Source: an uncultured Atribacterota bacterium
GTDB taxonomy: Bacteria > Atribacterota > Phoenicimicrobiia > Phoenicimicrobiales > Phoenicimicrobiaceae
Assembly: GCA_964438695.1 (NCBI GenBank)
Contig: CAYTKP010000004.1
Span: 1 to 43,198, forward strand
Direction: 5' to 3'
DNA length: 43,198 bases
In this document: positions 37,901 to 43,198 of the stretch, in pieces
Layout of the letters: every line of letters starts with the position of its first letter
Position numbering within the stretch: position 1 is the first letter of the stretch
Program-made: the position numbers and the translations under genes
The notes under the pieces: model-generated
Database searches by the model: none
Told to the model about the DNA's origin: nothing
The model's input: the letters and a program-made list of their open reading frames with translations, nothing else

Positions 37901-37940
37901 TAAGATTGTCAGAGGAATAAATTCCCCCTGGAACCCTTTT
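37901..37940. repeat. GATTGTCAGAGGAATAAATTCCCC hairpin repeat, copy 3 (intergenic)
   Basis: Shares TAAGATTGTCAG, TAAATTCCCC and AACCC in order with 11104-11140. Confidence 0.7.
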
Positions 37941-38001
37941 ACTATCTTTTTATAATCTGTAATCTATAATTAAAATCCTAATTTTATATTTTGTTATATT
38001 T

Positions 38002-39633
38002 TTAATCATTTTTTAAACTAATAATTATCTTCCCTGCAATTACCAACCAGATAAAGTAAAAAAGGGCTAAGACCCGAAAAACCCTTTTGGGTTGTTTTAT
38101 AAACCTATAGAGCCATTCCATTCCATGCCTTTGCATCCACAATGGTGCACGTGGTATCCTCCCTGATAGGACATCAAAACTACCGCCTACCCCCATACAT
38201 ACCGATACATTTAACTTTTCTAAGTTATTAGTAATCCATTTTTCTTGTTTGGGTACACCCATTCCTACTAATAAAATATCTGGATGCTTTTCATTGATAT
38301 CATTAATAATCTCCCCTTCTTCTTTGTTGGGAGTAATATCTTCCTTAACTCTTGAATCAAAATAGCCGTGATAACTTCCTACAATCTTTAAACCAGGATA
38401 ACGTCTGGTTAAATTTAGAGCTGCTTCTTCTGCTATTCCCGGATAAGACCCTAACAAATATAAAGAATATCCCTTCTGGGCGGCTAATTGGCAGACTCTA
38501 TTTATTATATCAATTCCAGTAACTCGTTCTATTAAAGGTTGATTTAAAGTTGAAGTAGCCCATAAAATGCCAGCTCCATCAGGGGTAACTAAATCAGCAG
38601 ATTTTAAAATTTTAAAATATTCTGAATCTTTCCTGGCTCGTAATATAGCTAAAGTATCTGGTGTAACTATCAAGCGAGGATGGGTTCTATGGGAAGAAAT
38701 AAACTCTTCAATCTTGGCAATAACCCTTTGACTATCTATTCGGTCGATGCCTACTTGAAAAAGTTTAACTCGATTAAAAGAAGAATCCTCTTCAATAATA
38801 TTCTTTCCTGATTGGACCTGTTTCTTTAGTAACTCAAAGACTAAACTACCTCCTGCTAATAATACCATTAGAAGATAGATGTTTTGATATATTGAAATAA
38901 TCAAAGCAGAAACACTCAAATAAAGAGATGAAGAAATAATTATAATATTGGCTCCTTGGTGAGAAAAGCCATAGGACTGCAACTTCTGACGCAATCTACT
39001 CTCTGGAAAAGTGGAAAGATCACCTATATTTTCTGAACGTGCATAAGTTGCCACAATAGAATAAGAAGAGTCAATAATAGGAACTCCCAATATCAAAAGA
39101 GGTATAAATAAGGTCAAAGCAGCTGTACTTTTTGATACACCCACAATAGCTATAATGGCTAATATAAAACCAAAAGACATATAATAAGAAGATAATTTCT
39201 CCTTGGGGGTGTATTTAATAAAAAGGAAAGATATGGTGGCTAGGGCAAGAGATAAAATTTCCGCTAAAATTAATCCCTGCCTTTGGAGGAAAGAAACAAC
39301 TAAAAAAGTTAGGGAAGCAATGAAGACAATATAGGGGGCAATATCGCCAAATTCATCTACTTGACCGATAGAATTGGTGATACTCACTATCCAGATTAAG
39401 GTCAAAGGTATAGAGAAAAAGTTAAGATAAAGATATTCGCCAGCCGAGGAGGGATCTCGTAAAAATTCTATTTTAACTCCAGAATATATTACAATTAGAG
39501 AAATTAGAATCTGTAATATAAGTTTATTGCCTATAGATAGTCTATGCCTTTTATCGGCTTTCCCCAAGAAAACTATTAGTATGCTGGCTATCATAATACC
39601 TATAATCTTATATATTATTCCCGTTTCAAGCAT
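38002..39633 (-). CDS. Fusion: degenerate GT4 (MraY/WecA-like) membrane domain plus WecG/TagA/CpsF-family GT26 glycosyltransferase
   Basis: C-terminal 'TPDGAGILWA', 'GVPKQEKW' and 'LWMQRHGMEWLYR' are GT26 motifs. The N-terminal ~280 aa align to the neighbouring WecA-like protein, but key acidic and His motifs are substituted. Confidence 0.65.
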   Translation of the reverse strand: MLETGIIYKIIGIMIASILIVFLGKADKRHRLSIGNKLILQILISLIVIYSGVKIEFLRDPSSAGEYLYLNFFSIPLTLIWIVSITNSIGQVDEFGDIAPYIVFIASLTFLVVSFLQRQGLILAEILSLALATISFLFIKYTPKEKLSSYYMSFGFILAIIAIVGVSKSTAALTLFIPLLILGVPIIDSSYSIVATYARSENIGDLSTFPESRLRQKLQSYGFSHQGANIIIISSSLYLSVSALIISIYQNIYLLMVLLAGGSLVFELLKKQVQSGKNIIEEDSSFNRVKLFQVGIDRIDSQRVIAKIEEFISSHRTHPRLIVTPDTLAILRARKDSEYFKILKSADLVTPDGAGILWATSTLNQPLIERVTGIDIINRVCQLAAQKGYSLYLLGSYPGIAEEAALNLTRRYPGLKIVGSYHGYFDSRVKEDITPNKEEGEIINDINEKHPDILLVGMGVPKQEKWITNNLEKLNVSVCMGVGGSFDVLSGRIPRAPLWMQRHGMEWLYRFIKQPKRVFRVLALFYFIWLVIAGKIIISLKND

Positions 39634-39760
39634 ATGCCTACCTCTGCTCCCCCCCCATTATATTTTCAATTCACTTATTTTTATTATATCTTAATTATAT
39701 TTTTAAATGTACTAATGCCATAAATATTTAGTATTATTAATTTATACTTTTCTTCTCTTC

Positions 39761-40747
39761 CTATTTCATCTTAAACTTAAACCAATCAACCGTCTTTTTT
39801 AGCCCCTCACCTAAAGCAATCTCTGGTTGCCATCCCCAAATCTGCTTAATTAACTGACAATCTAAAATATTTTTTCTCAAATCCCCAGGACGGGGAGGAC
39901 CATAATTTGCTGGATGGGGAAATTTTATAATCTCTTTTAAAAGATGAAAAAGTTCATTTACTGAAGTGCCTACTCCTGTCCCCAGATTAAAACTATTATT
40001 CCCCAAATTAATTTCTTTTGTAATTTTTATTTTTTGGTTAAGTTTAAATAATTTTAGCATATTTTCTATCGCGAGTAAATTAGCCCGAGCTACATCTCCT
40101 ACATAAACATAATCTCTGATATATTCTCCATCACCATTTATGGTAGGAATCTCCCCCCTTAACATCTTCTCAATAAATATAGCTATAACCCCTGCTTCAC
40201 CATAGGGATCCTGTCGGGGTCCATAGACATTTCCATATCGCAAAGATACATAATTAAGATTATAGTTTTTCTGGTAAAAATTAAGATAATATTCAACTGT
40301 CACTTTGCTGATTCCATAGGGAGAGAGGGGCTGGAAAGAATAAGTTTCCTTTACTGGTAAAGGTTCTGGCTCTCCATAAATAGTCCCCCCACTCGAGGCG
40401 AAGACTATTCCTTTTGTTTGGTAATTTGCACAACATTGTAGTAAATTTAAGGAACCTAAGATATTAGTACGGGCATCAAACAAGGGATCTCTTACCGACA
40501 AAGAAACACTTATTTGGGCTGCCTGATGGCTAACATAATCAGGCCTTTCTCGCTGAAAAACTTTCTTCAATTTTTCTTCATCAGTAACACTTAATTTATA
40601 AAATTCAGCCTGTTTGTTTATATTTTCTTCTCGCCCGGAAGATAAGTCATCAACTACCACTACCCTATAATTATTTTTAATGAGTAAATCCACAATATGA
40701 GAACCAATAAACCCTGCTCCCCCAGTAACCAACACAGTAATTTTCAT
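39761..40747 (-). CDS. NAD-dependent sugar-nucleotide epimerase (GalE-like SDR)
   Basis: 'VTGGAGFIGSH' and 'YGISK' (YxxxK). ATG 40747 lies 7 nt after AGGAGG. The longer ORF start (MTNLVPG) is a repeat artefact. Confidence 0.85.
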   Translation of the reverse strand: MKITVLVTGGAGFIGSHIVDLLIKNNYRVVVVDDLSSGREENINKQAEFYKLSVTDEEKLKKVFQRERPDYVSHQAAQISVSLSVRDPLFDARTNILGSLNLLQCCANYQTKGIVFASSGGTIYGEPEPLPVKETYSFQPLSPYGISKVTVEYYLNFYQKNYNLNYVSLRYGNVYGPRQDPYGEAGVIAIFIEKMLRGEIPTINGDGEYIRDYVYVGDVARANLLAIENMLKLFKLNQKIKITKEINLGNNSFNLGTGVGTSVNELFHLLKEIIKFPHPANYGPPRPGDLRKNILDCQLIKQIWGWQPEIALGEGLKKTVDWFKFKMK

Positions 40748-40760
40748 AGATTTTCCTCCT

Positions 40761-40834
40761 ATGTAAAAAAAGGTGCCAGGCACCAAATTTGTCATAAATG
40801 TAAAAAAAAGTGCCTGGCACTTTTTTTTACATTT
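40761..40834. repeat. Palindromic element D (composite: truncated copy 40761-40784, CAAATTTGTCAT linker, full copy 40796-40834)
   Basis: Read directly from the sequence. Lies between the WecA-like stop (40839) and the epimerase RBS (40755-40760). Confidence 0.9.
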
Positions 40835-40838
40835 TTCG

Positions 40839-41762
40839 CTAAAGGGCTAAAATAAGGGCAATTATGCTGCACAGAGCAGTTATCCCCCATAGAATTAACA
40901 CAACATTTTTATGAGATATCCCGCGATTCAAAAGACGATGATGGAGATGTTTTTTATCAGCCTGAAAAATAGGCTGCCGGCTTCTATATCGCCTGTATAT
41001 AGCAAATAAGGTATCAAAAATAGGTAAAGCCAAAACAATCAGAGGCACAAAAATAGAGATTGCATTTTGACTTTTTAAAACCCATAAAGCCCCCAGGGAA
41101 GCTAACATAAAACCGGAAAAAGTGCTACCTGAATCGCCTAAAAATATCTTTGCCGGATAAAAATTAAATCTTAAAAAAGCTAACAAGCTGCCCGTCAGGG
41201 CAATAGATACAAGATTTAAAGATTCGAAATTTTGCTTTAACCCTAAAATAAAAAAGGTAATTAAAGTGATAATGGAAACTCCACAGGCCAATCCGTCTAA
41301 ACCATCTATCAGATTAATAGAATTTGTAACTCCCACTATCCATAAGATTAAGATAGGATAAAGAAGATAACCTAACAAATCAAAACTTTTTAATTGGTTA
41401 TTTATAAAGATATTTATCAAATCGGCATTGGAAATAATAACCATCAATGCCGGTACCATTTGAATGATGAATTTAAGTTTAGGGGAGAGGTCAACAATAT
41501 CATCTACCATCCCTAATAGTAAAATGATTACCCCCGCCGCTAAAAGAATCTTAATTTGCCCTTCTATCTGTACAATAAACAGCAAGCTTAGTAAAAATCC
41601 AAAAAATATAACTATCCCTCCTAAATTAGGAATAGCGCCATTGTGTATTTTGCGATGATTAGGTAGATCTACCATATTCTGTTTTTTCCCTACTTGGGCT
41701 AAATAAGGGGTTAAGATATAGGAAACCGCAAAAGCAATAATGCCTACTTCTATGTACTTCAA
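40839..41762 (-). CDS. Polyprenyl-phosphate N-acetylhexosamine-1-phosphate transferase (WecA/TagO-like, GT4/MraY family)
   Basis: 'GMVDDIVDL', 'VTNSINLIDGLDGLA', 'FLGDSGS' and 'KKHLHHRLL'. Confidence 0.85.
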   Translation of the reverse strand: MKYIEVGIIAFAVSYILTPYLAQVGKKQNMVDLPNHRKIHNGAIPNLGGIVIFFGFLLSLLFIVQIEGQIKILLAAGVIILLLGMVDDIVDLSPKLKFIIQMVPALMVIISNADLINIFINNQLKSFDLLGYLLYPILILWIVGVTNSINLIDGLDGLACGVSIITLITFFILGLKQNFESLNLVSIALTGSLLAFLRFNFYPAKIFLGDSGSTFSGFMLASLGALWVLKSQNAISIFVPLIVLALPIFDTLFAIYRRYRSRQPIFQADKKHLHHRLLNRGISHKNVVLILWGITALCSIIALILAL

Positions 41763-41883
41763 AAAAACAATCTCCTATCTTTTTTAGTAGTTAGTTAGTA
41801 GTTAAGGCAACCTAAAATTTTGTGCCGTGATTGGGCTGGTAAATAATCTTCTCTTAACCTATTTTATCTTCTATTTTATCTTC

Positions 41884-43002
41884 TTATCTTAAACGAGCTA
41901 ATTCTTTCTTTAAATTTTCAATACAAGCTACCGGGGAAGGGTCTACCTGATTTAATATAGCTAAATAATAACTTACCATATCACCCAAATATATCAAGGA
42001 AAACATTCGGGCTAACTTCCCCTTGCCACTCGATTGGCAAGTTATAAATTCTGCAACTTTATTACTAATAATCTTTTGCGTAATTTCACGTCTCTGATTT
42101 ATCCGTAATGACCCTTCTTTGTCTTTCAGATAAATAATTTTGACTAATCGATTTATATTATTTTCAATTTCATAACCAACTATTTCGTTATGATCTAATT
42201 CAGAAAATACATTCCAAAAACAGGGCCATTTACTGTTTTCATTTATTTGAGTCTTCCATCGCATAGCAACTGCTTCAAGCAATCCCTCAGAACCATAGAC
42301 TAACGGAAGATATTGGTATAAGTTCAGGGCTACCTTTTTAGCTAAGTTACTCTTTAGTGGGGATTTGCTACTATATTCTTTGCAAAGCCCGTGTAAAATA
42401 TCAAGCGCTTCCTTAATCTCCTGGTTTCTTTCTTTTATTAGGCCCATTCTCTCCAAAATATTTAATATCGGAAAGAATAAATAAGGGATAGCAGCTCGAG
42501 GTTGAATCCCTGCTGGCACTTTAATAAAAGGAAAATTCTTGTCTTTGGATAGCTCCGCAAATTTACCTCCCGAAGTTAAGGCAATGACTTTCGCCTTGGC
42601 CTCTAAAGATTTTTTCAAAGCAGAAATAGTCTCTTCGGTATTTCCAGAATAACTTACTGCAAAGACTAATGAATCTTCCCCAACAAATTTTGGAACATCA
42701 TAGCCTCGAATGACCAAGAAAGGAATAGAAAGTTCATCGGCTAAATAACCAGATAACAAATCACCACCGATAGCTGAACCTCCCATTCCAAGGACCACAA
42801 TATTTTTAAATCTATCAGGGGTAGCGGATAATAAATCAGGAGAAAGGGTGAATTCTTCGCCTAACCGCAAAGAATCTCTCATCTTCCCGGTAAAATCTTC
42901 TAACAGACCAATCATATTATCTCGATCTAATTCGGCTAAATCTTCATCTAATATTTTCTCTGCCTGGTCAATATCTATTCTGTTTTCTTTTACTTCATCC
43001 AT
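41884..43002 (-). CDS. Bifunctional phosphoglucose/phosphomannose isomerase (SIS-domain PGI/PMI family)
   Basis: 'GMGGSAIGG' and 'VSYSGNTEET' SIS motifs. ATG 43002 follows GGTGGAAGG. The ORF track starts at GTG 43014. Confidence 0.7.
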   Translation of the reverse strand: MDEVKENRIDIDQAEKILDEDLAELDRDNMIGLLEDFTGKMRDSLRLGEEFTLSPDLLSATPDRFKNIVVLGMGGSAIGGDLLSGYLADELSIPFLVIRGYDVPKFVGEDSLVFAVSYSGNTEETISALKKSLEAKAKVIALTSGGKFAELSKDKNFPFIKVPAGIQPRAAIPYLFFPILNILERMGLIKERNQEIKEALDILHGLCKEYSSKSPLKSNLAKKVALNLYQYLPLVYGSEGLLEAVAMRWKTQINENSKWPCFWNVFSELDHNEIVGYEIENNINRLVKIIYLKDKEGSLRINQRREITQKIISNKVAEFITCQSSGKGKLARMFSLIYLGDMVSYYLAILNQVDPSPVACIENLKKELARLR

Positions 43003-43038
43003 AATTCCTTCCACCCCATTTTAAATCTATTTTTACAT

Positions 43039-43068
43039 TTTATAACATACCACACAACTATTTTTCAA
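43039..43068 (-). promoter_or_regulatory. Candidate promoter for the PGI/PMI gene
   Basis: Minus-strand TTGAAA (43063-43068), an 18-nt spacer, then the extended -10 TGtTATAAA (43039-43047). Confidence 0.4.
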
Positions 43069-43079
43069 GCAAGTATATA

Positions 43080-43116
43080 AATGTAAAAAAAGGTGCCAGG
43101 CACCTTTTTTTACATT
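43080..43116. repeat. Palindromic element E (perfect 18+1+18)
   Basis: AATGTAAAAAAAGGTGCC-A-GGCACCTTTTTTTACATT. Overlaps the stop codon (43115-43117) of the truncated upstream gene. Confidence 0.9.
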
Positions 43117-43198
43117 AGGGTACCGCAAACAACCAAGGATCAAAATCAATATTCCCACCTGACTGACTCCAGTAAACCCAATCTCCATTACTGGAAAT
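43115..43198 (-). CDS. 3' end of an unidentified minus-strand gene running off the window
   Basis: Open frame ...ISSNGDWVYWSQSGGNIDFDPWLFAVP* to the window edge. Too short to name. Confidence 0.3.
   Translation of the reverse strand: MSSNGDWVYWSQSGGNIDFDPWLFAVP

Noticed and set aside
1526-41658. About 25 plus-strand ORFs of 60-149 aa in the ORF track. Examples are 1526-1750, 4951-5304, 6320-6658, 6983-7231, 8116-8334, 10963-11238, 11493-11942, 12888-13121, 19674-20084, 27477-27773, 36687-36950 and 41464-41658.
   Set aside because: Each lies antisense inside a well-supported minus-strand gene. They have low-complexity S/F/L/I-rich translations typical of shadow frames in AT-rich DNA. None has an RBS or a recognisable motif.
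1-43198. A search for defence systems, toxin-antitoxin pairs, transposases, integrons, prophage remnants or secondary-metabolite clusters.
   Set aside because: Every ORF of 100 aa or more has a plausible housekeeping or envelope assignment. No nuclease/helicase/ATPase combinations, small paired ORFs or compositional islands were seen. The novelty I can support is confined to the non-coding repeats and the two domain-architecture oddities.

Overview
This is a strongly AT-rich bacterial chromosomal segment, and 38 of its 39 supported genes lie on the minus strand. No searches were run; all product calls come from motifs I recognise in the ORF translations.

Gene content is core housekeeping:
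- nadD-yqeK-LCP-rsfS
- ispD-ispE-ispF
- mreB, murA, and mtnA plus a purine/MTA phosphorylase
- xerC/D
- a Tol/ExbBD-like cluster with a 1222-aa TPR protein
- rplU-rpmA-obg
- rng with the TIGR03960/TIGR03936 radical-SAM pair
- rodA-mrdA and a TroA/Znu-type metal ABC transporter
- mreD
- a cell-envelope glycan block (GT4-like/GT26 fusion, epimerase, WecA/TagO-like transferase, PGI/PMI)

I see no rRNA, tRNA, CRISPR array, transposase, phage or recognisable defence genes.

The unusual content is non-coding. Almost every intergenic spacer is built from recurring modules:
1. Two ~350-bp elements, roughly 90% identical by eye, in inverted orientation.
2. Heptanucleotide-phased arrays (ACTAACG/ACTATTC and other units). 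They sit in opposite orientation at the two ends of spacers and are mutually complementary.
3. A 35-37-nt palindrome found at five loci, hugging stop codons.
4. Several smaller dispersed hairpin and word families, one of which runs into the 5' coding regions of two exported-protein genes in different reading frames.

Several ORF-track starts are artefacts of these repeats, for example the shared 'MTNLVPG' N-termini, and I have corrected them.

Two protein-level oddities stand out. One is a TolA/TonB-like anchor fused to DUF3048 just downstream of exbB-exbD. The other is a catalytically degenerate GT4 domain fused to a WecG/TagA-type GT26 domain.
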